Part shown: positions 1 through 7,940 of the stretch, piece by piece
Layout: each line of letters opens with the position of its first letter
How positions within the stretch are numbered: position 1 is the stretch's first letter
From: Rhodobacter capsulatus SB 1003
Lineage (GTDB): Bacteria > Pseudomonadota > Alphaproteobacteria > Rhodobacterales > Rhodobacteraceae
NCBI RefSeq assembly: GCF_000021865.1
Contig: NC_014034.1
Coordinates: 90,001-122,000 of the forward strand
Length of the DNA stretch: 32,000 nt
Direction: 5' to 3'
The notes under the pieces: generated by a model
Databases searched by the model: none
Told to the model about the DNA's origin: nothing
What the model saw: the letters and a program-made list of their open reading frames with translations, nothing else
Made by a program: the position numbers and the translations under genes

Positions 1-536
1 TCACCTGGGGCACCAGCCCCGAGGACGTGCTGCCGATCTCGGCCGTCGTTCCCGCGCCCGAGGATTTCACCGGCGGCAAGGTCGAGGCCGTGAAGCGCTC
101 GCTCGACTACATGGGCCTGACCCCGGGTCAGAAACTGACCGATATCGCCATCGACACGGTCTTCATCGGGTCGTGCACCAACGGCCGCATCGAAGACCTG
201 CGCGCCGCGGCGAAGATCGTCGAAGGCAAGAAGATCAAGCCCGGCATGCGAGCGATGGTGGTTCCGGGCTCGGGTCTGGTCCGTCATCAGGCCGAGGAAG
301 AGGGCATCGCCCAGATCTTCATCGACGCGGGCTTTGAATGGCGTCTGGCCGGGTGTTCCATGTGCCTTGCGATGAACCCCGACCAGCTGGGCGAATACGA
401 GCGCTGCGCCTCGACTTCGAACCGCAATTTCGAGGGCCGTCAGGGCTACAAGGGCCGCACCCATCTGGTCAGCCCGGAAATGGCCGCAGCCGCCGCGCTG
501 ACCGGCCACCTGACCGATGTCCGTGACTTGATCTGA
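1..536 (+). CDS. leuC: 3-isopropylmalate dehydratase large subunit, C-terminal part (5' end outside window)
   Basis: Frame 3 is open from nt 3 ([12 protein letters not shown]...). Aconitase-family C-terminal motifs are present ([34 protein letters not shown]). leuD follows 12 nt later. Confidence 0.9.
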   Translation, partial: TWGTSPEDVLPISAVVPAPEDFTGGKVEAVKRSLDYMGLTPGQKLTDIAIDTVFIGSCTNGRIEDLRAAAKIVEGKKIKPGMRAMVVPGSGLVRHQAEEEGIAQIFIDAGFEWRLAGCSMCLAMNPDQLGEYERCASTSNRNFEGRQGYKGRTHLVSPEMAAAAALTGHLTDVRDLI

Positions 537-548
537 AGGGGCAAAGCC

Positions 549-1154
549 ATGAAAAAGTTCGAAAAGTTCACCGGCATCGCCGCCCCCATGCCGCTTGTCA
601 ACATCGACACCGACATGATCATCCCGAAGGGGTTCCTGAAAACGATCAAGCGCACCGGCCTGGGCGTGCATGCCTTCGACGAGATGCGCTATGACCGCGC
701 GGGCAACGAGATCCCCGATTTCGTGCTCAACAAGCCGCAATACCGCAAGACGGAAATCCTGATCGCGGGCGACAATTTCGGCTGCGGCTCCTCGCGCGAA
801 CATGCGCCCTGGGCCTTGGCCGATTTCGGCATCAAGGTGATCGTCTCGACCTCGTTTGCGGATATCTTCTTCAACAACGCGTTCAAGAACGGGATGCTGC
901 CGATCGTGCTGCCCGCCGAACAGGTCGAGGTGCTGATGAAGGATGCCGACCGCGGCGAAAACGCCCGGATGACGGTGGATCTGGAAGCGCAGGAAATCAC
1001 CACCTCGGACGGTCAGGTGATCAAATTCGAGGTCGATGCCTTCAAGAAGCACTGCCTGCTGAACGGGCTCGATGACATCGGGCTGACGCTGGAAAAGGCC
1101 GCCGCCATCGACAGTTTCGAGTCGCAATCGGCGCAGGCCCGCCCCTGGGTCTGA
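549..1154 (+). CDS. leuD: 3-isopropylmalate dehydratase small subunit
   Basis: 201 aa with typical LeuD motifs ([27 protein letters not shown]). Lies directly after leuC. Confidence 0.95.
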   Translation: MKKFEKFTGIAAPMPLVNIDTDMIIPKGFLKTIKRTGLGVHAFDEMRYDRAGNEIPDFVLNKPQYRKTEILIAGDNFGCGSSREHAPWALADFGIKVIVSTSFADIFFNNAFKNGMLPIVLPAEQVEVLMKDADRGENARMTVDLEAQEITTSDGQVIKFEVDAFKKHCLLNGLDDIGLTLEKAAAIDSFESQSAQARPWV

Positions 1155-1194
1155 GCCCGTTAGTGGCGCCAACCCCTTGAAGCACAAGATGAAG

Positions 1195-1221
1195 GGCCGC
1201 CCACTGGGCGGCCTTATTTTT
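1195..1221 (+). terminator. Rho-independent terminator after leuD
   Basis: GGCCGCCC-ACT-GGGCGGCC stem-loop followed by TTATTTTT. Confidence 0.6.
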
Positions 1222-1273
1222 GCACCAAAATTGATGCATTCGCGCACTAGTTCTTCCCAGAAAACGTCCGATT

Positions 1274-2248
1274 ATGGACCGAGACGTTAAGCATCCGTTG
1301 CCACCCCCGACGAAACAGGGCAATTTCATGGCAAGAATGAGGCAGTTCGCCACAATCGGCGGCAACGACTGGCACGGCTCCGGCAAAGCATCGGAGCTGG
1401 CAAGGGCAAAGGGCAGAATCGTGGTGGCACGTTATCTGGGCGCATTGGTGCGGGCAATTCTGGTCCTTGCGGTCATTGCCATGCCGTCGCTGCTGCTTCC
1501 CACCGTCAGCGACGACACCGGCCAGATCGTGGCGCTGGTCGGGCTTTTTGCCGCCGCGCTGACCTTTTTCGAATATGCCTCGGTCTATCCCGGGCTGATC
1601 GAGTTTCGCGATGCGCCGCCCTTCAACCGCATCCGCTACGCCTCGCTTGTGGCGACGGTGGGGATGCTGTCGATGGTGGTTCTGGCCCGGACCGAACCTT
1701 CGACGCTGACGCTCTTCGTCGATGTGCTGGGCTCGGCGATGGCACGCGCGATCGACCTGCCCTATTCCCCGGTGCGGCTTCTGGTGCTGATGCTGCCCGC
1801 CGACGCCTCGGCCGGGCAGATCGGGATCGTCCGCACCGCAGGCGGCATCGCCTACATGACCTCGCTGCTCACGCTGGGGTATTTCTGGGTGATGATCCGG
1901 GCGACGGGCTGGCCGACCTCGGGGCAGGGGTTCAACGTATGGGTCAACCTGCCGACCTTCGACCCCACGGCGGGTGGCGACGTGGTCGAACGGCTGCGCC
2001 GCGACGCCTGGTTCAACATTGCGCTGGGCTTCCTTTTGCCCTTCCTGATTCCGGCGGTGATCAAGGCGCTTTCGGCGGGCTTTTCCCCGGTGACGCTTGA
2101 ATCGCCGCATACGATGATCTGGACGGTGACGGCATGGGCCTTCCTTCCCGCCAGCCTGTTCATGCGCGGCATCGCGATGGGCCGGGTGGCCAGCATGATC
2201 GAGGAAAAACGCCGCGTCTCGGGCTTGGCGGAGTTGCATCCGGCCTGA
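1274..2248 (+). CDS. Multi-pass membrane protein of unknown function
   Basis: Several hydrophobic segments and high third-position GC over most of its length. The start is uncertain: ATG 1274, ATG 1328 (MARMRQ...) or further downstream. The first ~50 codons use rare GCA/AGA/AGG codons. Confidence 0.6.
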   Translation: MDRDVKHPLPPPTKQGNFMARMRQFATIGGNDWHGSGKASELARAKGRIVVARYLGALVRAILVLAVIAMPSLLLPTVSDDTGQIVALVGLFAAALTFFEYASVYPGLIEFRDAPPFNRIRYASLVATVGMLSMVVLARTEPSTLTLFVDVLGSAMARAIDLPYSPVRLLVLMLPADASAGQIGIVRTAGGIAYMTSLLTLGYFWVMIRATGWPTSGQGFNVWVNLPTFDPTAGGDVVERLRRDAWFNIALGFLLPFLIPAVIKALSAGFSPVTLESPHTMIWTVTAWAFLPASLFMRGIAMGRVASMIEEKRRVSGLAELHPA

Positions 2249-3228
2249 TCGCGGTTTTCCTCGGCCTTCCCGCCGCGGCCGAGACGCTGCGGCTGGCGAC
2301 CTTTTCCCCCGGCCTGTCGCGCCCCGGTCCCGGGCTGGTGCTGGCGGCGCTGCAAAAGGGGAATGATCCGCAGATCACGGCTGCCATCGCGCTGATCGCC
2401 GAAGCGAAAGCGGATGTTCTGCTGCTGACCGATCTCGACTGGGACTATCGCGCCGAGGCGCTGGGCGCCTTGCAAAGGCGGCTGGCGGGGCAGGGGCTTG
2501 ACTACCCCTTTGCCCATGCGCCGCAGCCCAACACCGGGAACGACACCGGTTTCGACATCGACGGCAACGGCAGGTTCTCCGAGCCCCGCGACGCGCAGGG
2601 CTACGGGCAGTTCACCGGCCAGCATGGCCTGGCGCTGCTCTCGAAACGGCCGATCCTGACGGATCAGGCGCGGGATTTCTCGGCCTTCCTGTGGGCGGAT
2701 CTGCCCGGATCGCAGCTGCCGCAGGCGGACCTGCCAGAGGGTGCCGGGGCGGTGCAGCGGCTTGCCTCGACCGCGTTCTGGGACGTGCCGGTGCAGACCG
2801 GGGCAGGGGCCTTGCACATCTGGGCCTATGCCGCCACGACGCCGGTTTTCGACGGTCCCGAGGATCGCAACGGCCGTCGTAATGCCGATGAAACCGCGTT
2901 CTGGCGGCACTATCTTGCCCGGGCGGGGTCGTCTGCGCCTTTCGTGCTCATGGGGCTGGCAAATCTTGACCCCGACCGCGGCGAAGGACAACGCGCAGCG
3001 ATGCGCAAGCTGCTGGCCGATCCGCGGCTGCAGGACCCGCGCCCGACCGCCACCGACGCGCCCGCGGGCCATCCGCTGGCCACCGCCGATTTCGGCGGCA
3101 CGGTCGGGCCGCTGCGGGTGGATTACATCCTGCCAGCCGCCGGGCTGAAGGTGCAGGCGGCGGGCACGCTGGGCGATCCGCGGGCCAGCAAACACCGTCT
3201 TGTGTGGGTCGATCTGGCGCTGCCGTAA
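2134..3228 (+). CDS. Secreted endonuclease/exonuclease/phosphatase (EEP) family protein
   Basis: Signal-like segment ASGLIAVFLGLPAAAE followed by EEP-like blocks (ADVLLLTDLDWDY..., DIDGNG, HGLALLSKRPI, HRLVWVDL). The only canonical start in frame is ATG 2134, which overlaps the upstream gene by 115 nt, so the start is uncertain. Confidence 0.65.
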   Translation: MGLPSRQPVHARHRDGPGGQHDRGKTPRLGLGGVASGLIAVFLGLPAAAETLRLATFSPGLSRPGPGLVLAALQKGNDPQITAAIALIAEAKADVLLLTDLDWDYRAEALGALQRRLAGQGLDYPFAHAPQPNTGNDTGFDIDGNGRFSEPRDAQGYGQFTGQHGLALLSKRPILTDQARDFSAFLWADLPGSQLPQADLPEGAGAVQRLASTAFWDVPVQTGAGALHIWAYAATTPVFDGPEDRNGRRNADETAFWRHYLARAGSSAPFVLMGLANLDPDRGEGQRAAMRKLLADPRLQDPRPTATDAPAGHPLATADFGGTVGPLRVDYILPAAGLKVQAAGTLGDPRASKHRLVWVDLALP

Positions 3229-3297
3229 GACCCGCGCTTGACCCCGCCCCGGCCCTCGGCTAGGCCGCTTGAAACCCTTGTTCCATTGGAGAAAACG

Positions 3298-4407
3298 ATG
3301 GCCAACCCTTCCCTTCTCATCCTTGCCGGTGACGGCATCGGCCCCGAAGTCATGGCCGAAGTGAAGAAGATCATTTCCTGGTATGGGGACAAGCGCGGGC
3401 TTGCCTTCGACGTCAGCGAGGATCTGGTCGGCGGGGCCGCCTATGATGTCCACGGCGTGCCGCTGGCCGATGCGACGATGGCGAAAGCGCAGGAAGTCGA
3501 TGCCGTGCTGCTGGGCGCTGTCGGCGGGCCGAAATATGACGTGCTCGATTTCTCGGTGAAGCCGGAACGCGGCCTGCTGCGTCTGCGCAAGGAGATGGAC
3601 CTTTACGCGAACCTGCGCCCGGCGCAGTGCTTTGACGCGCTGGCCGATTTTTCCTCGCTGAAAAAGGATGTCGTCGCCGGTCTGGATATCATGATCGTGC
3701 GCGAACTGACCTCGGGCGTCTATTTCGGCACGCCGCGCGGCATCACCACCCAGCCCGACGGCTCGCGCGTGGGCATCAACACCCAAGTCTACACCACCGA
3801 GGAAATCCGCCGCGTGGCGCGATCGGCCTTTGAGCTGGCGCGCCGTCGGAACAACAAGGTCTGCTCGATGGAGAAGGCCAACGTCATGGAATCGGGCATC
3901 CTGTGGCGCGAGGAAGTGCAATGGGTGCATGACAACGAATACCCGGACGTGGAACTCAGCCACATGTATGCCGACAACGGCGCGATGCAGCTGGTCCGGC
4001 GGCCGAAGCAGTTCGACGTGATCGTGACCGACAACCTCTTTGGCGACGTGCTCTCCGACTGCGCCGCGATGCTGACCGGCTCGCTCGGCATGCTGCCCTC
4101 GGCCAGCCTTGGCGCGCCGATGGCGAATGGCCGTCCGAAGGCGATGTATGAGCCCGTGCACGGCTCGGCGCCCGATATCGCGGGGCAGGGCAAGGCGAAC
4201 CCGATCGCCTGCATCCTCTCCTTCGCGATGGCGCTGCGCTACAGCTTCGATCAGGGCGACGAGGCCACCCGGCTGGAAAAGGCGATCGAGACAGTCCTGG
4301 CCGATGGCGTCCGCACCGCCGATCTGATGGGCCCCGAGGGTGGCCAGCCGGTGTCGACCACCGAAATGGGCGACAAGATTCTTGCGGCGCTGAACGCCAG
4401 CCTCTGA
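3298..4407 (+). CDS. leuB: 3-isopropylmalate dehydrogenase
   Basis: [18 protein letters not shown]... and [26 protein letters not shown] motifs. ATG 3298 is preceded by GGAGAA. The track ORF start at 3238 was trimmed. Confidence 0.95.
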   Translation: MANPSLLILAGDGIGPEVMAEVKKIISWYGDKRGLAFDVSEDLVGGAAYDVHGVPLADATMAKAQEVDAVLLGAVGGPKYDVLDFSVKPERGLLRLRKEMDLYANLRPAQCFDALADFSSLKKDVVAGLDIMIVRELTSGVYFGTPRGITTQPDGSRVGINTQVYTTEEIRRVARSAFELARRRNNKVCSMEKANVMESGILWREEVQWVHDNEYPDVELSHMYADNGAMQLVRRPKQFDVIVTDNLFGDVLSDCAAMLTGSLGMLPSASLGAPMANGRPKAMYEPVHGSAPDIAGQGKANPIACILSFAMALRYSFDQGDEATRLEKAIETVLADGVRTADLMGPEGGQPVSTTEMGDKILAALNASL

Positions 4408-4428
4408 TCTTCCGACCAGACGACAGGA

Positions 4429-4459
4429 CGGCGCGGGGGTAACCACCCCGCGCCGTTTT
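4429..4459 (+). terminator. Rho-independent terminator after leuB
   Basis: CGGCGCGGGG / CCCCGCGCCG 10-bp stem with a 7-nt loop, followed by TTTTC. Confidence 0.65.
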
Positions 4460-4521
4460 CATTGCCACCGCTTGCATCCGGGGCGCTTCGGCGCGATTGT
4501 CAGCGGTAACGGAGGACATCC

Positions 4522-5490
4522 ATGCATTCGGGAAAGCAGAACGCGAAAGGGGCCGGTCTGGGGCTTCTGTCGATGGCGATCTATGCCACGCATGACGCGG
4601 TGGTGAAGCAGCTGGGCTACAGCTATTCCGCGGTGCAGATCATCTTCTTTGCCGCGCTGCTGTCCTTTCCCTTGCTGACGGTGATCCTGCTGCGTGATCC
4701 CCGCGCGGGCAGCCTGCGCCCGGTGCGGCCGTTCTGGGTGATCCTGCGCGCGGTCGCCACGGTCGCCACCTCGGTCAGCGCCTTTTATGCCTTTGCGCAT
4801 CTGCCGCTGGCGCAGGTCTATCCGCTTTTGTTCGCCATGCCGCTTTTGCTGACGATCATGGCGATTCCGATCCTGGGCGAGCGTGTCGGCTGGCACCGCT
4901 GGGCCGCGGTCGTCGTCGGGCTGATCGGGGTGATCATCGTCGTCCGCCCCGGCCAGGCCGAACTGGGCCTCGGGCATTTGGCCGCAGTCTTCGCCGCCTT
5001 CTGCGGGGCGCTTGCCTCGGTGATCGTGCGCAAGATCGGCCACGAGGAACGCTCGGTCGTGCTGCTTCTGTCGCCGCTTCTGGGCAACTTCCTGGCGATG
5101 GGGGCGGCGCTGCCCTTCGTCTGGGTGCCGTTGCAGCTGCCCGACCTTGGGCTGATGGCGGTCGTCGCGCTCTTCGGTCTTGTCGCGGCCTTTCTCTCGA
5201 TCCTGGCCTATCGGCTGGGCGAGGCGGTGATCGTTGCGCCGATGCAATATTCGCAGATCCTCTGGGCGGTCTTCTTCGGCTGGGTGCTGTTCCGCGAGCC
5301 GGTCGACACCCAGACGGTGGTCGGCGCGGGGGTGGTGATTCTGTCCGGGCTTTACATCGTCTGGCGCGAAAGCACCGCCGACGTGTCACAAAACACCCCG
5401 GTGCTGCGGACCCGCGGCCGCACCGAAACCGTCACCACGCCGCGGCCCTCGATCCTGCAACGGGCGCTGAATGCGGGAACGCGCAGATAG
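4522..5490 (+). CDS. DMT superfamily (EamA-type) transporter
   Basis: About 10 predicted TM segments with a duplicated EamA-like architecture. GGAGG RBS lies 6 nt upstream of the ATG. Confidence 0.8.
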   Translation: MHSGKQNAKGAGLGLLSMAIYATHDAVVKQLGYSYSAVQIIFFAALLSFPLLTVILLRDPRAGSLRPVRPFWVILRAVATVATSVSAFYAFAHLPLAQVYPLLFAMPLLLTIMAIPILGERVGWHRWAAVVVGLIGVIIVVRPGQAELGLGHLAAVFAAFCGALASVIVRKIGHEERSVVLLLSPLLGNFLAMGAALPFVWVPLQLPDLGLMAVVALFGLVAAFLSILAYRLGEAVIVAPMQYSQILWAVFFGWVLFREPVDTQTVVGAGVVILSGLYIVWRESTADVSQNTPVLRTRGRTETVTTPRPSILQRALNAGTRR

Positions 5491-5505
5491 CCGCACGAAT
5501 CCCCC

Positions 5506-5534
5506 TTGCAAATACCTTCGGGGTTCGGTAACTC
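5506..5534 (+). promoter_or_regulatory. Candidate sigma70-type promoter for tRNA-Pro
   Basis: TTGCAA-N17-TAACTC, with the -10 element ending 14 nt before the tRNA 5' end. Confidence 0.3.
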
Positions 5535-5548
5535 CCGCCCCACACGGT

Positions 5549-5625
5549 CGGAGCGTAGCGCAGCCTGGTAGCGCACCTGCTTCGGGAGCAGGGGGTCGGA
5601 GGTTCGAATCCTCTCGCTCCGACCA
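5549..5625 (+). tRNA. tRNA-Pro (anticodon CGG)
   Basis: 77 nt cloverleaf read by hand. Acceptor CGGAGCG/CGCTCCG, D-arm GCGC..GCGC, anticodon stem CCTGC/GCAGG with loop TTCGGGA, T-arm GGAGG-TTCGAAT-CCTCT, encoded CCA. Confidence 0.9.
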
Positions 5626-5656
5626 TGTAAATCCCCCTGAAAACGCTTTCGAATTG

Positions 5657-5672
5657 TCGCCCCCCGGGGCGA
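5657..5672. terminator. Short GC hairpin at the convergent junction of tRNA-Pro and the 153-aa ORF
   Basis: TCGCC-CCCCGG-GGCGA ends 1 nt before the minus-strand stop codon at 5673-5675. There is no clear U-tract. Confidence 0.3.
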
Positions 5673-6134
5673 TCAGGGCCGTGCAGCGGCCCGTGTCGGC
5701 AGCACCTGCGCCAGCCGCGTCGCCGCCTGCACAAGGCCGCTGATGTCATTCGCCTCGCACAAGAGGAAGGCTGCGCGTTCCGCCTTTTCGCTCTGCCGCT
5801 GCCACATCAGGGTAATGATCTGAAGGAAAAGCGATTCATGCGCCGTCATCACGGCGGCGCAGCCGCTGCAATCCGGGTTCGAGAACCGGAACATCGAGCG
5901 CCGCGACCGCCCCATCCGGTCCAGCATCCCGGCCAGCGCGGCAAAGACCTGCGGCCCCTCGATCTCTCCCCAGACCGACGAAGCCAGCGCCAGACCGCGC
6001 TGCCAGCTGTGCCGCTCGGGGGCGATCTGGCTTTGAATCTGCAGCCGCAGGATCTGCAGCAGCGCCCAGGGGTGTGATCCCGGCGCGGGCGCGGGGCCAA
6101 AGGCGTTGCGGGACGAACAACCGGGATGCGACAT
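5673..6134 (-). CDS. Hypothetical 153-aa protein (Cys-containing, no family recognised)
   Basis: Very high third-position GC across the whole ORF, with AAAGG 8 nt upstream of ATG 6134. I could recognise no domain. Confidence 0.55.
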   Translation of the reverse strand: MSHPGCSSRNAFGPAPAPGSHPWALLQILRLQIQSQIAPERHSWQRGLALASSVWGEIEGPQVFAALAGMLDRMGRSRRSMFRFSNPDCSGCAAVMTAHESLFLQIITLMWQRQSEKAERAAFLLCEANDISGLVQAATRLAQVLPTRAAARP

Positions 6135-6190
6135 CGGCGAACCTTTCGAAAGGGAAGGGGAGAGCTGCCGTGCGCAAGGCTGGGTGGGAA

Positions 6191-6215
6191 ATAGTTGACT
6201 TTTTTACTTGGTCAC
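6191..6215. promoter_or_regulatory. IscR type-1-like / Iron-Rhodo-like box candidate (or simply a -35 element)
   Basis: ATAGTTGACTTTTTTACTTGGTCAC matches 19/25 positions of the E. coli IscR type-1 consensus ATASYYGACTRWWWYAGTCRRSTAT (recalled from the literature). The left half is a perfect match. Confidence 0.3.
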
Positions 6216-6245
6216 GTCAAGTCCGCGCCTTGCCGTGCCGCCCGC

Positions 6246-6276
6246 GATATGATACCCATACCCCTATAGCTATATC
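6246..6276. promoter_or_regulatory. Candidate RcnR/DmeR-type operator (C-tracts flanked by AT-rich inverted repeats)
   Basis: GATATGATACCCATACCCCTATAGCTATATC ends 10 nt before the dmeR ATG. It contains ATA-CCCC-TAT (6258-6267), the perfect palindrome TATAGCTATA (6265-6274) and outer GATAT/ATATC arms. Confidence 0.45.
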
Positions 6277-6286
6277 GAAAGCCAGC

Positions 6287-6565
6287 ATGTCCCACCTGAC
6301 CCATCCCGAAGACAAGTCCGCCCTTTTGTCGCGCATTCGTCGGCTCAAGGGCCAGATCGAGGCGATCGAACGCGCCGTCGAGGCCGATCGCGACTGCGGC
6401 GGCATCCTGCATCTGGTCGCCTCGGTGCGCGGCGCGGTCAGCGGCCTGACCGCGGAACTGATCGAATCGCATCTGGCCCATCACATCCGCGAGGTCGACG
6501 ACCCCGAGGCCCGCCGACGCGGTGCAGAGGAATTGTCCAAGGCGCTGCGGATCTATCTGAAATAG
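6287..6565 (+). CDS. dmeR: CsoR/RcnR/FrmR-family (DUF156) metal-sensing repressor
   Basis: 92 aa with the family pattern LLSRIRRLKGQIEAIERAVEADRDCGGILHLVASVRGAVSGL. The upstream 71 codons of the track ORF were trimmed. A CDF exporter follows 8 nt later. Confidence 0.85.
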   Translation: MSHLTHPEDKSALLSRIRRLKGQIEAIERAVEADRDCGGILHLVASVRGAVSGLTAELIESHLAHHIREVDDPEARRRGAEELSKALRIYLK

Positions 6566-6573
6566 AGGCTCCC

Positions 6574-7530
6574 ATGCATGATCACGCCGACCATCCTGCC
6601 GCCAATCCCCGTCTTGCCGGGATGGCGGCGCCGCACGACCATGTCTTTCTGGGCGCGCATCATGATCGCAACGCCCGTCGCACCCGGCTGGTGATCGGCA
6701 TCACCGCGGCGATGATGGGGACCGAGATCGTCGCGGGCACGGTGTTCGGCTCAATGGCGCTGCTGGCCGATGGCTGGCACATGGCGACCCATGCGGCGGC
6801 GCTGACGATCACCGCGGCCGCCTATGCCTATGCGCGCAGGCAAGCCCGCAACCCGGCCTTCAGCTTCGGCACCGGCAAGATCGGCGATCTGGCGGGCTTT
6901 GCCAGCGCGGTGGTGCTGGCCGTGGTTGCGGTGCTGATCGCCGCGGAAAGCCTGTGGCGGCTGGCCAATCCGGTCGGCATCGATTTCACCCAGGCGATCC
7001 TGGTCGCGGGGATCGGGCTTGTGGTCAATCTCGGCTCGGCGCTTTTGCTGCACGAGGATCATTCCCACCATCACGACCATCACGATCACCACGATCATCA
7101 CCCCCACGGCCATGACAGCAACCTGCGCGCCGCCTATCTGCATGTGCTGGCCGATGCGCTGACTTCGGTTCTGGCGATCGTGGCGCTGATCGGCGGGCGG
7201 ATCTGGGGCTGGGTCTGGCTGGATCCGGCCATCGGTCTGCTGGGCGCCGTGGTGATCGGGCGCTGGGCCTTCGGGCTGATGAAACAGACGGGCGGCGTGC
7301 TGGTCGATCACATCCCCGCAGAGGAAACCCTGCCCGCCGAGATCCAAGAGGCCCTTGCGCCCGTGGCCCGGATCACCGACCTGCATCTGTGGCAGCTCGG
7401 GCCGGGGCAGCACGGCGCCATCGTCGCGCTGACGGCCGACCCGCCGCAGCCCCCCGCCACCTATCGCGCAAGGCTCGCGCATCTGCACGAACTTGCCCAT
7501 GTCACCATCGAAGTGAACCCGGCGCGCTGA
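6574..7530 (+). CDS. dmeF: Cation diffusion facilitator (CDF) exporter, Co/Ni DmeF-like, with His-rich loop
   Basis: Six TM segments, HxxxD-type motifs (HMATHAAAL, HVLADALTS) and the His/Asp-rich loop HEDHSHHHDHHDHHDHHPHGHD. Paired with an RcnR-family repressor. Confidence 0.8.
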   Translation: MHDHADHPAANPRLAGMAAPHDHVFLGAHHDRNARRTRLVIGITAAMMGTEIVAGTVFGSMALLADGWHMATHAAALTITAAAYAYARRQARNPAFSFGTGKIGDLAGFASAVVLAVVAVLIAAESLWRLANPVGIDFTQAILVAGIGLVVNLGSALLLHEDHSHHHDHHDHHDHHPHGHDSNLRAAYLHVLADALTSVLAIVALIGGRIWGWVWLDPAIGLLGAVVIGRWAFGLMKQTGGVLVDHIPAEETLPAEIQEALAPVARITDLHLWQLGPGQHGAIVALTADPPQPPATYRARLAHLHELAHVTIEVNPAR

Positions 7531-7562
7531 CCGGCGCCCCGCCGCTTGGCACGCTTCTCGCA

Positions 7563-7583
7563 GCCCCCCGGCAGGGGGGCTTT
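7563..7583 (+). terminator. Rho-independent terminator after dmeF
   Basis: GCCCCCC-GGCA-GGGGGGC followed by TTT. Confidence 0.6.
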
Positions 7584-7610
7584 GACGGCTGCGCGCTTTT
7601 GACCCATACT
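7582..7610 (+). promoter_or_regulatory. Candidate feo promoter
   Basis: TTGACG-N17-CATACT, about 60 nt upstream of the feoA1 ATG. Confidence 0.35.
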
Positions 7611-7631
7611 ATTTCAGTCAGGAATGACGCA

Positions 7632-7656
7632 GTTCTTGACTTATCCAGTCAGATTA
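7632..7656. promoter_or_regulatory. IscR type-1-like / Iron-Rhodo-like palindrome in the feo leader
   Basis: The core TTGACTTATCCAGTCAG (7636-7652) has perfect TGACT/AGTCA arms with a 5-nt spacer. It matches 15/17 of YYGACTRWWWYAGTCRR and also fits TGA-N9-TCA. It lies downstream of the candidate -10 and 19 nt before the ATG. Confidence 0.4.
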
Positions 7657-7670
7657 CGCGAGGCAGTCGG

Positions 7671-7940
7671 ATGACCATGGCTTTTCACCCCGATCTGAAG
7701 GCTTTGCCTTTGGCGATGGCGCCCCTTGGGGTGGCGCTGACCGTGCAGAGCCTGTCCGGCTGCGCCGATTTTTCGGCGCGGATGCTGGCGATGGGCATCG
7801 GCCCGGGCCGGGTGATCCGGCTGGTCCAGCGCGAGGGCAGCCATGTGGTGCTGGCCGTCGGCGACAGCCGCTTCGGCATCGGCCGCGGCGTGGCGCAAAA
7901 GATCCTGGTCACCGAGACCCGCACGGGGGATCTGGAATGA
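7671..7940 (+). CDS. feoA: FeoA-domain protein (first copy)
   Basis: 89 aa with an SH3-like FeoA pattern (MLAMGIGPGRVIRLVQ...VLAVGDSRFGIGRGVAQKILV). Has an ATGA overlap with the next feoA. Track ORF trimmed from 7389. Confidence 0.8.
   Translation: MTMAFHPDLKALPLAMAPLGVALTVQSLSGCADFSARMLAMGIGPGRVIRLVQREGSHVVLAVGDSRFGIGRGVAQKILVTETRTGDLE

Noticed and set aside
2201-2210. Programmed -1 frameshift (GAGGAAAAAC) fusing the membrane protein to the EEP domain
   Set aside because: Only an A5 run is present, not a canonical X XXY YYZ heptamer. I saw no downstream stimulatory structure. Pure speculation prompted by the missing start codon.
1852-4446. 864-aa ORF antisense to the membrane protein, EEP and leuB genes
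   Set aside because: Same high-GC artefact. It spans three well-supported plus-strand genes and two intergenic regions.
6074-6286. 71-codon N-terminal extension of the dmeR ORF
   Set aside because: The extension runs through the divergent promoter/operator region and overlaps the 153-aa gene's start. The family length is about 90 aa, and ATG 6287 gives exactly that.
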